Shown here: in pieces, positions 1-10,727 of the stretch
Numbering within the stretch: position 1 is the stretch's first letter
Layout of the letters: every line of letters begins with the position of its first letter
Source: Escherichia coli
GTDB lineage: Bacteria; Pseudomonadota; Gammaproteobacteria; Enterobacterales; Enterobacteriaceae
Reading direction: 5' to 3' (one strand)
DNA length: 64,000 bases
Assembly (NCBI RefSeq): GCF_051903065.1
Contig: NZ_CP178438.1
Notes under the pieces: model-generated
The model's input: only the letters and a program-made list of their open reading frames with translations
Told to the model about the DNA's origin: nothing
Databases searched by the model: none
Made by a program: the position numbers and the translations under genes

Positions 1-795
1 GTCAGCACGGTCGCCTTTGGCTTGCTGACTTATATGATTGTCGGCGGCACTCGCGCCAATATCATCATCGCATTCGCTATCTTCCTGTTTATTGGCATTA
101 TTCGCGGCTGGATTTCGTTGTGGATGCTGGCGGCGGCGGGCGTGCTGGGGATTGTTGGCATGTTCTGGCTGGCGCTAAAACGCTATGGAATGAATGTGAG
201 CGGCGATGAAGCGTTCTATACGTTTCTCTATCTCACTCGCGACACCTTCTCGCCGTGGGAGAATCTGGCGTTGCTGTTGCAGAACTACGACAACATCGAC
301 TTCCAGGGCCTGGCTCCAATTGTCCGCGATTTCTATGTCTTTATCCCTTCCTGGCTGTGGCCGGGTCGCCCGAGTATGGTGCTGAACTCAGCCAACTACT
401 TTACCTGGGAAGTGCTGAATAACCACTCCGGACTGGCGATCTCGCCTACGCTTATAGGCTCACTGGTGGTGATGGGCGGCGCGTTGTTCATCCCGCTCGG
501 GGCGATTGTGGTTGGACTGATCATCAAATGGTTCGACTGGCTGTATGAGCTGGGCAACCGCGAGACTAATCGCTATAAGGCTGCGATATTGCACAGTTTC
601 TGCTTTGGGGCGATCTTCAATATGATCGTGCTGGCACGTGAAGGGCTGGATTCGTTTGTCTCACGCGTAGTCTTTTTTATCGTGGTCTTCGGCGCATGTC
701 TGATGATCGCAAAACTGTTGTACTGGCTTTTTGAAAGCGCCGGACTCATTCATAAACGTACAAAATCATCGCTCCGGACGCAGGTTGAAGGATAA
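1..795 (+). CDS. wzyE: 3' portion of a polytopic membrane protein, probably ECA polymerase WzyE (5' end outside window)
   Basis: Frame is open from base 1 to the stop at 795 (first in-frame ATG at 22); very hydrophobic multi-TM product; sits directly upstream of wecG as in the enterobacterial common antigen cluster. Confidence 0.7.
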
Positions 796-797
796 CA

Positions 798-1538
798 ATG
801 AATAACAACACCACGGCACCGACCTATACGCTGCGTGGCTTACAGTTGATTGGTTGGCGTGATATGCAGCACGCCCTCGATTATCTGTTTGCTGACGGGC
901 AGCTTAAGCAGGGAACGCTGGTTGCCATTAATGCTGAAAAAATGCTGACCATTGAAGATAACGCCGAGGTCAGGGAGTTAATTAACGCTGCCGAATTTAA
1001 ATATGCGGATGGCATCAGCGTTGTACGTTCAGTACGTAAAAAGTACCCGCAGGCGCAGGTTTCCCGCGTTGCCGGTGCCGATCTCTGGGAAGAGCTGATG
1101 GCGCGCGCAGGCAAAGAAGGGACGCCGGTATTTCTTGTGGGCGGTAAACCTGAAGTGCTGGCGCAAACTGAAGCTAAACTGCGCAACCAATGGAATGTGA
1201 ATATCGTTGGCAGTCAGGATGGTTATTTTAAACCCGAGCAGCGTCAGGCGCTGTTTGAACGCATTCATGCCAACGGAGCGCAAATCGTCACCGTTGCGAT
1301 GGGATCGCCAAAGCAGGAGATCTTCATGCGCGACTGCCGTCTGGTGCATCCAGATGCGCTGTATATGGGCGTTGGCGGGACTTACGATGTTTTCACCGGT
1401 CACGTAAAACGCGCACCGAAAATCTGGCAAACGCTGGGACTGGAGTGGCTCTACCGCCTGCTTTCGCAGCCGAGCCGCATTAAGCGTCAGCTTCGTTTGC
1501 TGCGTTATTTACGCTGGCACTACACCGGCAACCTCTGA
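798..1538 (+). CDS. wecG: UDP-N-acetyl-D-mannosaminuronic acid transferase (ECA biosynthesis), 246 aa
   Basis: Complete ORF starting 3 bp after the upstream stop; length and sequence match WecG/RffM as I recall it; terminator hairpin follows. Confidence 0.85.
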   Translation: MNNNTTAPTYTLRGLQLIGWRDMQHALDYLFADGQLKQGTLVAINAEKMLTIEDNAEVRELINAAEFKYADGISVVRSVRKKYPQAQVSRVAGADLWEELMARAGKEGTPVFLVGGKPEVLAQTEAKLRNQWNVNIVGSQDGYFKPEQRQALFERIHANGAQIVTVAMGSPKQEIFMRDCRLVHPDALYMGVGGTYDVFTGHVKRAPKIWQTLGLEWLYRLLSQPSRIKRQLRLLRYLRWHYTGNL

Positions 1539-1556
1539 TTTTCCTCTCTTTGTAAA

Positions 1557-1596
1557 GCGACGGAGTGGTCACTCCGTCGCCTGTCTGCTTTTTTAT
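1557..1596 (+). terminator. Rho-independent terminator after wecG
   Basis: Inverted repeat gcgacggagtg/cactccgtcgc followed by a T-run (ctgcttttttatt). Confidence 0.6.
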
Positions 1597-1728
1597 TACA
1601 CAAAGCATTCAAATTTTTAATGCTTTATTTGCCATTTCTCCTGAATTACGAAAACATTCGCAACACTCGATGTACCCATAACGATAACCGGTAACACCGG
1701 AAAGCATGCAAACACAACACGAGGATTT

Positions 1729-3114
1729 ATGGCAGATAACAAACCAGAGCTACAGCGTGGGCTGGAAGCTCGACATATCGAACTCATCGCCCTGGGGGGC
1801 ACCATTGGCGTCGGCCTGTTTATGGGGGCCGCCAGTACCCTGAAATGGGCCGGGCCATCCGTATTGTTGGCCTATATCATCGCCGGGCTGTTCGTCTTTT
1901 TCATCATGCGTTCAATGGGCGAAATGTTGTTCCTCGAACCGGTTACCGGTTCGTTCGCCGTTTATGCGCATCGTTATATGAGCCCGTTCTTTGGCTATCT
2001 CACCGCCTGGTCTTACTGGTTTATGTGGATGGCGGTGGGGATCTCTGAAATCACCGCCATTGGCGTTTATGTCCAGTTCTGGTTCCCGGAGATGGCGCAG
2101 TGGATACCCGCATTGATCGCAGTGGCGCTGGTGGCGTTGGCGAATCTGGCGGCGGTGCGGTTGTACGGCGAAATCGAGTTCTGGTTCGCGATGATCAAAG
2201 TCACCACGATTATCGTGATGATTGTCATTGGCCTGGGCGTGATTTTCTTTGGCTTTGGCAATGGCGGGCAGTCGATTGGTTTTAGCAATCTCACAGAGCA
2301 TGGCGGTTTCTTTGCGGGTGGCTGGAAAGGGTTCCTGACCGCGCTGTGTATTGTGGTGGCGTCCTACCAGGGCGTGGAGCTGATTGGCATTACTGCCGGT
2401 GAAGCGAAGAATCCGCAGGTGACGCTGCGCAGTGCCGTAGGCAAGGTGCTGTGGCGGATCCTGATTTTCTACGTAGGCGCGATTTTCGTTATCGTCACCA
2501 TCTTCCCGTGGAATGAAATAGGCAGCAACGGCAGCCCGTTCGTACTGACTTTTGCCAAAATCGGTATTACCGCAGCGGCGGGCATTATCAACTTTGTGGT
2601 GCTGACGGCTGCGCTCTCTGGCTGTAACAGCGGCATGTACAGTTGCGGACGTATGCTCTATGCACTGGCGAAAAACCGTCAGTTACCGGCGGCGATGGCG
2701 AAAGTTTCCCGTCACGGCGTACCAGTTGCGGGTGTGGCAGTATCTATTGCTATTCTGCTAATTGGCTCATGCCTGAACTACATCATTCCCAATCCGCAGC
2801 GTGTGTTTGTCTACGTCTACAGTGCCAGCGTGCTTCCGGGGATGGTGCCATGGTTTGTGATATTGATAAGCCAGCTGCGTTTTCGGCGTGCACATAAAGC
2901 GGCGATTGCCAGCCATCCGTTCCGCTCAATCCTGTTCCCGTGGGCCAACTACGTAACAATGGCATTCCTGATTTGCGTTTTGATCGGCATGTACTTTAAT
3001 GAAGATACGCGTATGTCGCTGTTTGTTGGCATCATCTTTATGCTGGCGGTGACGGCGATTTATAAAGTTTTTGGCCTTAATCGCCACGGGAAAGCGCATA
3101 AACTGGAGGAATAA
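1729..3114 (+). CDS. yifK: APC-family amino-acid permease, 461 aa
   Basis: Long ORF with about 12 predicted TM segments; matches YifK by length and position between wecG and the tRNA cluster. Confidence 0.85.
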
Positions 3115-3166
3115 GCAGCAAAACGCACAAACCGTAACCAAACGCGCAATTTATTTAAAAAGGGAC

Positions 3167-3195
3167 TAGACAGAGGGGGGGGAAGTCCGTATTAT
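3167..3195 (+). promoter_or_regulatory. Candidate sigma70 promoter of the argX-hisR-leuT-proM tRNA operon
   Basis: TAGACA (3167-3172), 17-bp spacer, TATTAT (3190-3195); A/T-rich tract upstream; tRNA-Arg begins about 22 bp downstream. Confidence 0.45.
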
Positions 3196-3216
3196 CCACC
3201 CCCGCAACGGCGCTAA

Positions 3217-3293
<77 letters not shown>

Positions 3294-3350
3294 TTTAGTC
3301 CCGGCGCTTGAGCTGCGGTGGTAGTAATACCGCGTAACAAGATTTGTAGT

Positions 3351-3427
3351 GGTGGCTATAGCTCAGTTGGTAGAGCCCTGGATTGTGATTCCAGTTGTCG
3401 TGGGTTCGAATCCCATTAGCCACCCCA
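3351..3427 (+). tRNA. hisR: tRNA-His (anticodon GUG), with the extra 5' G(-1)
   Basis: GGTGGCTATAGCTCAGTTGGTAGAGC...CCCATTAGCCACCCCA; anticodon loop region TTGTGAT. Confidence 0.95.
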
Positions 3428-3447
3428 TTATTAGAAGTTGTGACAAT

Positions 3448-3534
3448 GCGAAGGTGGCGGAATTGGTAGACGCGCTAGCTTCAGGTGTTAGTGTCCTTAC
3501 GGACGTGGGGGTTCAAGTCCCCCCCCTCGCACCA
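3448..3534 (+). tRNA. leuT: tRNA-Leu (anticodon CAG), long variable arm
   Basis: 87-nt class II tRNA GCGAAGGTGGCGGAATTGGTAGACGCG...CCCCCCCTCGCACCA. Confidence 0.95.
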
Positions 3535-3576
3535 CGACTTTAAAGAATTGAACTAAAAATTCAAAAAGCAGTATTT

Positions 3577-3653
3577 CGGCGAGTAGCGCAGCTTGGTAGC
3601 GCAACTGGTTTGGGACCAGTGGGTCGGAGGTTCGAATCCTCTCTCGCCGACCA
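3577..3653 (+). tRNA. proM: tRNA-Pro (anticodon UGG)
   Basis: CGGCGAGTAGCGCAGCTTGGTAGCGC...TCTCTCGCCGACCA; anticodon loop TTTGGGA. Confidence 0.95.
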
Positions 3654-3658
3654 ATTTT

Positions 3659-3686
3659 GAACCCCGCTTCGGCGGGGTTTTTTGTT
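3659..3686 (+). terminator. Rho-independent terminator of the tRNA operon
   Basis: aaccccgcttcggcggggtt hairpin followed by TTTTTTGTTTT. Confidence 0.8.
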
Positions 3687-3799
3687 TTCTGTGCATTTCG
3701 TCACTCTCCCTTCGCAATAAACGCCCGTAATAACTCATTGCCCCACGGTATGATTTCGCCCTTAACGTATTGAAGGATGACTTCAGGCAAGGAGCGACC

Positions 3800-5035
3800 A
3801 TGCTGCAACAGGTTCCAACGCGTGCTTTTCATGTGATGGCGAAACCGAGCGGTTCCGATTGTAATCTGAACTGTGACTACTGTTTTTATCTCGAAAAACA
3901 ATCCCTTTACCGCGAAAAGCCAGTCACGCATATGGACGATGACACGCTGGAAGCGTATGTCCGTCACTATATCACTGCCAGCGAACCGCAAAACGAAGTG
4001 GCTTTTACCTGGCAGGGCGGCGAACCAACGTTACTCGGGCTGGATTTTTACCGCCGTGCCGTAAAGTTACAGGCGAAATACGGTGCTGGCAGGAAGATAA
4101 GTAACAGCTTCCAGACTAACGGCGTGCTGCTCGATGATAAATGGTGTGCATTTCTGGCAGAAAATCATTTTCTTGTTGGGTTATCGCTGGACGGTCCGGC
4201 TGAGATCCACAATCAATATCGCGTGACCAAAGGTGGCAGACCAACGCATAAGCTGGTGATGCGTGCCCTGACGCTGCTGCAAAAACATCATGTCGACTAT
4301 AACGTGCTGGTCTGCGTCAACCGCACCAGCGCGCAGCAACCGTTGCAGGTTTATGATTTTTTGTGCGATGCGGGAGTCGAATTCATCCAGTTTATTCCGG
4401 TGGTCGAGCGTCTGGCTGATGAAACAGCTGCCCGCGATGGACTGAAATTGCATGCGCCTGGTGATATTCAGGGGGAACTGACGGAATGGTCGGTGCGCCC
4501 CGATGAATTTGGTGAATTTCTGGTGGCGATATTCGACCACTGGATTAAACGCGACGTCGGCAAGATTTTCGTGATGAATATCGAATGGGCGTTTGCCAAT
4601 TTTGTCGGTGCGCCGGGTGCGGTTTGCCATCATCAGCCAACCTGTGGGCGCTCGGTGATTGTTGAGCACAATGGCGACGTTTACGCCTGCGATCACTATG
4701 TTTATCCGCAATATCGACTGGGGAATATGCACCAGCAAACAATTGCAGAAATGATCGATTCCCCGCAACAGCAGGTGTTTGGTGAAGATAAATTTAAGCA
4801 ATTACCGGCGCAGTGTCGCAGTTGTAACGTGTTAAAAGCATGTTGGGGAGGCTGCCCGAAACACCGCTTCATGCTCGATGCCAGCGGCAAACCGGGACTG
4901 AATTATTTGTGTGCCGGGTATCAGCGTTATTTCCGCCATCTACCGCCATATCTTAAAGCAATGGCTGATTTGCTGGCGCACGGTCGCCCGGCCAGCGACA
5001 TTATGCATGCGCATTTGCTGGTGGTGAGTAAGTAA
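3800..5035 (+). CDS. aslB: Radical-SAM anaerobic sulfatase-maturating enzyme homologue, 411 aa
   Basis: CxxxCxxC radical-SAM motif (CNLNCDYC) near the N-terminus and C-terminal Cys clusters; start trimmed from the track ORF (3770) to the ATG giving MLQQVPTRAF; lies next to sulfatase aslA. Confidence 0.8.
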   Translation: MLQQVPTRAFHVMAKPSGSDCNLNCDYCFYLEKQSLYREKPVTHMDDDTLEAYVRHYITASEPQNEVAFTWQGGEPTLLGLDFYRRAVKLQAKYGAGRKISNSFQTNGVLLDDKWCAFLAENHFLVGLSLDGPAEIHNQYRVTKGGRPTHKLVMRALTLLQKHHVDYNVLVCVNRTSAQQPLQVYDFLCDAGVEFIQFIPVVERLADETAARDGLKLHAPGDIQGELTEWSVRPDEFGEFLVAIFDHWIKRDVGKIFVMNIEWAFANFVGAPGAVCHHQPTCGRSVIVEHNGDVYACDHYVYPQYRLGNMHQQTIAEMIDSPQQQVFGEDKFKQLPAQCRSCNVLKACWGGCPKHRFMLDASGKPGLNYLCAGYQRYFRHLPPYLKAMADLLAHGRPASDIMHAHLLVVSK

Positions 5036-5060
5036 AAAAGCGGCCATTTTGTGGCCGCCT

Positions 5061-5177
<117 letters not shown>

Positions 5178-5202
5178 GGCAGATCTCAGCGATAGCGCCG
5201 GC

Positions 5203-6858
5203 TTAATCAGATTTAATCTGCGCGCGTGGTGGATACTTTTTCAGGATCTCCATATACGCGTGCATTTCGGTCTGTAGCGGTACACCCATCGGAATATGGC
5301 GCACGCCGATAGAGTCGCTCTCCTGCGGATCGGTGTACAGGTTAAACACCGACGATCCGGCTGTTTGCATTACTGTGCCGGTGAATCCACCCTGATATCC
5401 GCTCTGGGTATAAGCGTAAGGTTGCTGAATCAGGACGTGATACTTGAATTCATCCATACGCACAGCAGCGAGTTTACCGTTGAGGAAGTAGTGCTCGGCC
5501 TTACGGTTAGACTGACCATTTGTTCCCAGGAAGAAAGATGTCTGGTCCACACCATCGATAAAGGTGGTTTTCGGCACTAAATTCGCCACTTTCGCGCCAG
5601 GATGCCCTGCCAGATCCAGCGCGGTAGGGAAGAGATCTGCCAGATCGACAATACCGTCAGATTTACGCGGTTGGATCATCCCTTTCCAGTACACGAAAGT
5701 CGGAACGCGAACGCCGCCTTCCCAGGTAGATCCTTTCGCACCACGGAACGGTGTGCGTCCGTGCGGCGGTACTTCGGCTTCCGGTCCGTTATCGGAGGTA
5801 AAGACAATCAGCGTGTTATCAAGCTGACCGTTTTTCTCTAGTGCTTTATACAGATTAGCGAACACATCGTTCATTTCCACCATGCAGTCGCCATACGAGG
5901 TGCGTGCCGGAGAGCTACCCGCATATTTGGCGTTCGGGTAGTTATCGAAGTGACAGCCGCGAGTGCCGTAATAGAGGAAGAAAGGCTTCTCACTCTTCGC
6001 CATCTTGTCGAGGAACTTAACGCCATATTCCATCCAGCGTTGATCCAGATCTTCCATATATTTCGGCGTAATGTCGGCAATGGCCTGTTGTTCGCCGCCG
6101 CGCACCGCATGAACGTCATCTTTGCTAAATGGTAATTGCTTGATGTATTCAGAACGGTCCGGACTCAGGGCCACTTCCGGATTGACGTGAACGTCGCGCC
6201 ATTCGGTGTACATATCAGACACCGAGTTAAAGCCACGGAAATCATCAAAGCCAACGTTCTGCGGCTGCGACTCTTTGTTTTCCCCCATATGCCATTTCCC
6301 GATGGCCTGAGTGACGTAGCCCTGATCGTGCAGCAACTGCGGCAGCGTGGTTAACCCTTGCAGCCCGCCCGGTTGCCCGTACATTGGCGGCATCAGAATG
6401 CCGTGGTGGATGGAGTATTGTCCGGTGAGAATGGTGGCGCGGGTTGGGGAAGAGCTTGGTTGAGAATACGCCGAAGTTAAAATCAGCCCCTGGCTGGCAA
6501 CGGCGTCGATATCTGGTGTAGGGTTACCCACCGCCACGCCGCCACCGTTAAAACCGACGTCCATCCAGCCCACATCGTCCAGCAAGAAAACAACCACATT
6601 CGGTTTCTTACCGGTTTTTTTCTCAAGTTCTGCCAGCTTCTGCTGGGTTTCTTTATCCTGCGCCGGATGCTGCATTACTGGCATCATGTTGTCGGCAATA
6701 GTGGTCGCCGGTTTAACCAGATACTGGTTTGGGTGATCGTATCCGGCAAAGCCTTTGCGTGCGGTGGCAGTTGAAGGGGTATCTGCTGCGCTGGCCATGA
6801 GAGGAAGAGCGGCGGCGACAGCAACAACAAGAAGTTTGGGTGAAAACGAAAATTCCAT
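5203..6858 (-). CDS. aslA: Arylsulfatase-like protein with signal peptide, 551 aa; Ser-type sulfatase signature
   Basis: N-terminal signal peptide ([15 protein letters not shown]); sulfatase signature S-x-P-x-R-xxx-L-T-G present as [11 protein letters not shown]. Confidence 0.85.
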   Translation of the reverse strand: MEFSFSPKLLVVAVAAALPLMASAADTPSTATARKGFAGYDHPNQYLVKPATTIADNMMPVMQHPAQDKETQQKLAELEKKTGKKPNVVVFLLDDVGWMDVGFNGGGVAVGNPTPDIDAVASQGLILTSAYSQPSSSPTRATILTGQYSIHHGILMPPMYGQPGGLQGLTTLPQLLHDQGYVTQAIGKWHMGENKESQPQNVGFDDFRGFNSVSDMYTEWRDVHVNPEVALSPDRSEYIKQLPFSKDDVHAVRGGEQQAIADITPKYMEDLDQRWMEYGVKFLDKMAKSEKPFFLYYGTRGCHFDNYPNAKYAGSSPARTSYGDCMVEMNDVFANLYKALEKNGQLDNTLIVFTSDNGPEAEVPPHGRTPFRGAKGSTWEGGVRVPTFVYWKGMIQPRKSDGIVDLADLFPTALDLAGHPGAKVANLVPKTTFIDGVDQTSFFLGTNGQSNRKAEHYFLNGKLAAVRMDEFKYHVLIQQPYAYTQSGYQGGFTGTVMQTAGSSVFNLYTDPQESDSIGVRHIPMGVPLQTEMHAYMEILKKYPPRAQIKSD

Positions 6859-7282
6859 GCAAAATGCTCCGGTTTCATGTCATCAAAATGATGACGTAAT
6901 TAAGCATTGATAATTGAGATCCCTCTCCCTGACAGGATGATTACATAAATAATAGTGACAAAAATAAATTATTTATTTATCCAGAAAATGAATTGGAAAA
7001 TCAGGAGAGCGTTTCCAATCCTACCTCTGGCGCAGTTGATATGTAAGGCAGGTTTATTATATCGCGTTGATTATTGATGCTGTTTTTAGTTTTAACGGCA
7101 ATTAATATATGCGTTATTAATTGAATGAATTTTATCATTCATAATAAGTATGTGTAGGATCAAGCTCAGGTTAAATATTCACTCAGGAAGTTATTACTCA
7201 GGAAGCCAAGAGGATTACAGAATTATCTCATAACAAGTGTTAAGGGATGTTATTTCCCGATTCTCTGTGGCATAATAAACGA

Positions 7283-7489
7283 GTAGATGCTCATTCCATC
7301 TCTTATGTTCGCCTTAGTGCCTCATAAACTCCGGAATGACGCAGAGCCGTTTACGGTGCTTATCGTCCACTGACAGATGTCGCTTATGCCTCATCAGACA
7401 CCATGGACACAACGTTGAGTGAAGCACCCACTTGTTGTCATACAGACCTGTTTTAACGCCTGCTCCGTAGTAAGAGCAGGCGTTTTTTT
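7283..7489 (+). ncRNA. glmZ: Small RNA GlmZ (activator of glmS translation), about 207 nt including its intrinsic terminator
   Basis: No ORF; sequence GTAGATGCTCATTCCATCTCTTATGTTCGCC... matches GlmZ as I recall it; located in the aslA-hemY spacer; ends in hairpin aacgcctgctc/gagcaggcgtt plus T7; CATAAT -10 hexamer at 7271-7276. Confidence 0.8.
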
Positions 7490-7536
7490 ATGTGTCAGGA
7501 AGGCCCCGGAGGTGCTTGCCTCCGGGTGAGAAGGAA

Positions 7537-8733
7537 CTACTGTGGTGGGTTGTTCTGCAACGTTAACATCAAACCGTCGCGACGCATCGCTGCAGCTTCT
7601 TCCGGCTTGTGCAGTCTGTCCAGCGCGTCGGCAAGCCATGCGTAATCGTAGGCGTCCGGACGTTGTTTCAGCGCTGCGCGGAAGGCGAGCGATGCTTCCT
7701 GCCATTCTCCGTGCTTCATCAGTGACTGGCCCAGTGTGCTCCACAACAGCGGGCGATCGCCGACGTTTTTGATTTGCTGGCGCAGCACTTTTTCAAGCTG
7801 TTCAGGGTTATTGGTTTTCAGACGCGGGATCGGCAGCAGTAGGCGATCGTCATACTGGCGTTTCAGGCCGTCGATGATAATTTGCTGGGCAGTATCATGA
7901 TCGTCACATTCAATAAGATGTTCCGCCATTGCCACCTGCAACGCTACCTGATGACGCGTTTTCCGGCTTTGGTTTTTCCACCAGTTACGCAAACCTTCGC
8001 TACCGTTATCGGCACGCGCCTGATCCATCAGGCCAATCCATGCCTGTTGTTCCAGCATTGCACGATGTTCTTCATCACCAACATGGGCTTTCGCCATTGA
8101 TGGGATAATATCCAGCAGCGAACTCCATGCACCTGTGCGGATATACGCCTGTTCCGCCAGACGTAATACTTCCGGATGGCGTGGCGTAACTTCCAGCAGC
8201 TTATCCACGCCGTGGCGTGCAGCATGGTTTTCATTACGGGCCAGTTGCAGACGTACACGGGTGATTTCTACCGGAATGGTGTCATTGCCGGCCAGCTCCG
8301 CTGCGCGTTCCAGATGTTGGTTGGCGCGCGCTTCATCACCACGTTGTTGCGCGGCTTCGGCAGCCAGTAGATAGTTCACCACCGGTTGTTCAGCGTGATC
8401 GGCATTTTTCGCCATCAGCTTTTCAACTTGCTGATAATCGCCTTCCGCCAGTTTCAGCAGCGCCTGTTCGGTCTGCTTACGTGCACGGCGACGCTTACGC
8501 CCGACAAACCACCCACGGGTGTGCGCGCCAGTGCGGAAGATCCGCCGCAGTAGCCACTCAATGGCAAACAGCACTACCATCGCCAGAATCAATATGATCG
8601 CCAGGCCCGTGACGCTGGTTTCGATATTGTAGTTGTCGGTCTGGATCAGCACATAACCCTGATGACCGGCAATCATCGGGCCAACCACGATCCCCGCAAT
8701 CAGCAACACAAAGAGCAATAACACTTTTAGCAT
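7537..8733 (-). CDS. hemY: HemY (TPR-like inner-membrane protein of the hem operon), 398 aa
   Basis: ORF with N-terminal TM segment; last gene of the hemCDXY arrangement. Confidence 0.85.
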   Translation of the reverse strand: MLKVLLLFVLLIAGIVVGPMIAGHQGYVLIQTDNYNIETSVTGLAIILILAMVVLFAIEWLLRRIFRTGAHTRGWFVGRKRRRARKQTEQALLKLAEGDYQQVEKLMAKNADHAEQPVVNYLLAAEAAQQRGDEARANQHLERAAELAGNDTIPVEITRVRLQLARNENHAARHGVDKLLEVTPRHPEVLRLAEQAYIRTGAWSSLLDIIPSMAKAHVGDEEHRAMLEQQAWIGLMDQARADNGSEGLRNWWKNQSRKTRHQVALQVAMAEHLIECDDHDTAQQIIIDGLKRQYDDRLLLPIPRLKTNNPEQLEKVLRQQIKNVGDRPLLWSTLGQSLMKHGEWQEASLAFRAALKQRPDAYDYAWLADALDRLHKPEEAAAMRRDGLMLTLQNNPPQ

Positions 8734-8735
8734 GG

Positions 8736-9965
8736 TTATTCTCCTTGCGGCGCGGCTGCCGGAGTATCAGCTTGCGGTGCAGGTGCAGGTGCAGGTGCAG
8801 GTGCAGGTGCAGGTGCAGGTGCAGGTGCAGGTGCAGGTTTAGCTTCCGTTGTCTCCGCTGCCGGTTGTGCCAGCAGGTTACGCACGCGAGTCTGCATCAG
8901 TTTTTCCAGCATCGCCTGGCTTTGCAGGGTTTCCGGAAGATCCATCGAGATATTTTGCTGGCTTAACTGGTCCACCTCGTCGAGGAACGCTTTGGTGGTG
9001 GCATCATCAGTATCGTAGTAAGCACGTACCCAGGTGGAGACGTTCTCCAGCGCCTGGCGATAAGTCTCTTCCTGATGACGCGGTACAGCTTGTGCTGCGA
9101 CCAGCAGGCGAGAGCGAATATTTTCGCGCAGATAGATATCCTGATTTGGCGCTAACAGCGGTACGGCGGTGTCATCACGACGGCGAATCGTAATGAAGTT
9201 GTCCATAAAGTTCTGCCAGCTTTTTTGCAGATTGATACGCCATTCGCTGATGGAACTGGAAAGCTCTTCACCGTCGGAATCCATCGGCGAACCATCGCTG
9301 TCATTATCGGCCAGACGCAGGTTATCTACCTGATTTGAAAGCTGATTAAGCTTAAGGATGATGCCGTCATAATCCACCTGCGATACTGCAGAAAGGCTGG
9401 CGATATCATCGGTAATTGCCCGACGAACGGTAATCAAACTCGGGTCATTCATATCCGCCAGGCTGGCGTCTGCACTTTTCAGCAACGCTGCAGCGGTCGT
9501 GACGTCCTGATCGCTCCACAGCTTCCGTCCGGCGAGTTTCACCAGAAAATCGGCCTGAGCCAGCAGCCAGGTTTTAGCATCGCTGCCGGAAATGGTGGCG
9601 ACCTTTTGTTGGACTTCATCCAACTGTTTTGCCAGCGTTTCTTGCTGACGATTCGCCTGCTTAAGTTGTGCAGCTTGTTGCTTAATAATGCCTTCCAGCT
9701 CGGCTTTTTGGCTCTCCTGGGCTTTTTGCAATGCCGTCAGTTGGTTAGCCAGGGCATCGCTGGTGGCGGTCTGATTGACGGCCTGTTGTTTACCCCAGCC
9801 ATACAAACCGACGCCTGCCGCCAGAGCAATAGCGATAGCCACCGCACTGAGAATCAATGCGGTATTGTTCTTACTCTTTTTTTCTGTTGCGACAGGTTGT
9901 GACGTGGTGTCCACGGCCTCCCTGGTCTCTTCAACCACGGCGGAGGTTTTTTCTTGTTCCGTCAT
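8736..9965 (-). CDS. hemX: HemX (membrane-anchored protein with coiled-coil region and a C-terminal Pro-Ala repeat), 409 aa as called
   Basis: ORF 2 bp upstream of hemY; single TM; Gln/Ala-rich coiled-coil region; C-terminal (PA)n tract; product length may vary with repeat number. Confidence 0.8.
   Translation of the reverse strand: MTEQEKTSAVVEETREAVDTTSQPVATEKKSKNNTALILSAVAIAIALAAGVGLYGWGKQQAVNQTATSDALANQLTALQKAQESQKAELEGIIKQQAAQLKQANRQQETLAKQLDEVQQKVATISGSDAKTWLLAQADFLVKLAGRKLWSDQDVTTAAALLKSADASLADMNDPSLITVRRAITDDIASLSAVSQVDYDGIILKLNQLSNQVDNLRLADNDSDGSPMDSDGEELSSSISEWRINLQKSWQNFMDNFITIRRRDDTAVPLLAPNQDIYLRENIRSRLLVAAQAVPRHQEETYRQALENVSTWVRAYYDTDDATTKAFLDEVDQLSQQNISMDLPETLQSQAMLEKLMQTRVRNLLAQPAAETTEAKPAPAPAPAPAPAPAPAPAPAPQADTPAAAPQGE
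8776..8838. repeat. Perfect hexanucleotide tandem repeat (GGTGCA/TGCACC), about 10.5 units, encoding the (Pro-Ala)n tract of HemX
   Basis: ggtgcaggtgcaggtgca... read directly from the sequence. Confidence 0.95.
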
Positions 9966-9986
9966 TATGGCTTCCTGTTATGAGAG

Positions 9987-10727
9987 TTATTGTAATGCCC
10001 GTAAAAGCGCATCGTTGTCAGCGTTATCGGCGACCTTAATGTCTTGCCAGCCCAGTTCCCGGGCGAGTTTCGCCAAACGCTCACTGACGACCAATAGTCG
10101 ACAGTGTAGTAACCAGTGCTCACGATACCATTGTGGGATCAGCGACCAGAGTTGCTGCAACATTTCACCGCTGGTAACAACGACCGTCGTCACCTCGCGG
10201 GATTGCCAGCGCATCGCTTCTTCTGCACCATCGTAATGGATTGCGCATCGTTGATAACATTCACAAAAAGTGACCTCAGCACCGCGCGCCGTCAGGGTAT
10301 CCCCAATTAGCTCACGACCGCCATTGCCACGTAATATCAGCGCACGTTTGCCCGCAATATTTTGTAATTCAGGTAATTGTAGCAAGACTTCGCTGATTTC
10401 CCGATCCTGTGGGTAGAGAATCTTCTGTCCGCTTACGGTATGTAGCGCCAGTGCGGTGGTGCGTCCAATGGCGAAATAAGTAGGTAGTCGGGGCCATTTA
10501 CGATCTTGCTGATGCAGCTGTGATTGGGCAAAAGCAACCGCGTGTTGCGAGAGGGCAAACAACAGATCGCTCTCCCCCAGCGCTGCCAGTTGATCAGCAA
10601 GTTGCGGTAATTGTCGACCCGGAGAAAACTCAATCAGCGGAAAATGCCAGGCCACCTGCCCCAGTGTGCGCAGACGGCTCACTAACTCTTCTCCAGCGGG
10701 AGACGGGCGGGTGACAAGGATACTCAT
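9987..10727 (-). CDS. hemD: Uroporphyrinogen-III synthase, 246 aa
   Basis: ORF length and position between hemC and hemX; start overlaps the hemC stop by 4 bp. Confidence 0.85.
   Translation of the reverse strand: MSILVTRPSPAGEELVSRLRTLGQVAWHFPLIEFSPGRQLPQLADQLAALGESDLLFALSQHAVAFAQSQLHQQDRKWPRLPTYFAIGRTTALALHTVSGQKILYPQDREISEVLLQLPELQNIAGKRALILRGNGGRELIGDTLTARGAEVTFCECYQRCAIHYDGAEEAMRWQSREVTTVVVTSGEMLQQLWSLIPQWYREHWLLHCRLLVVSERLAKLARELGWQDIKVADNADNDALLRALQ

Noticed and set aside
7394-7744. 116-aa minus-strand ORF spanning the aslA-hemY spacer into hemY
   Set aside because: It overlaps the glmZ terminator and the hemY coding region on the same strand in another frame; Arg-rich low-complexity product; best explained as a chance ORF
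8776-8838. Possible CRISPR-like array (regularly spaced repeats)
   Set aside because: The unit is only 6 bp, perfectly tandem with no spacers, and lies in-frame inside hemX; it is a coding microsatellite
8745-8966. Plus-strand ORF encoding an (RC)n low-complexity peptide
   Set aside because: It is the antisense reading of the hemX (GCAGGT)n repeat; an artefact of the tandem repeat, not a gene
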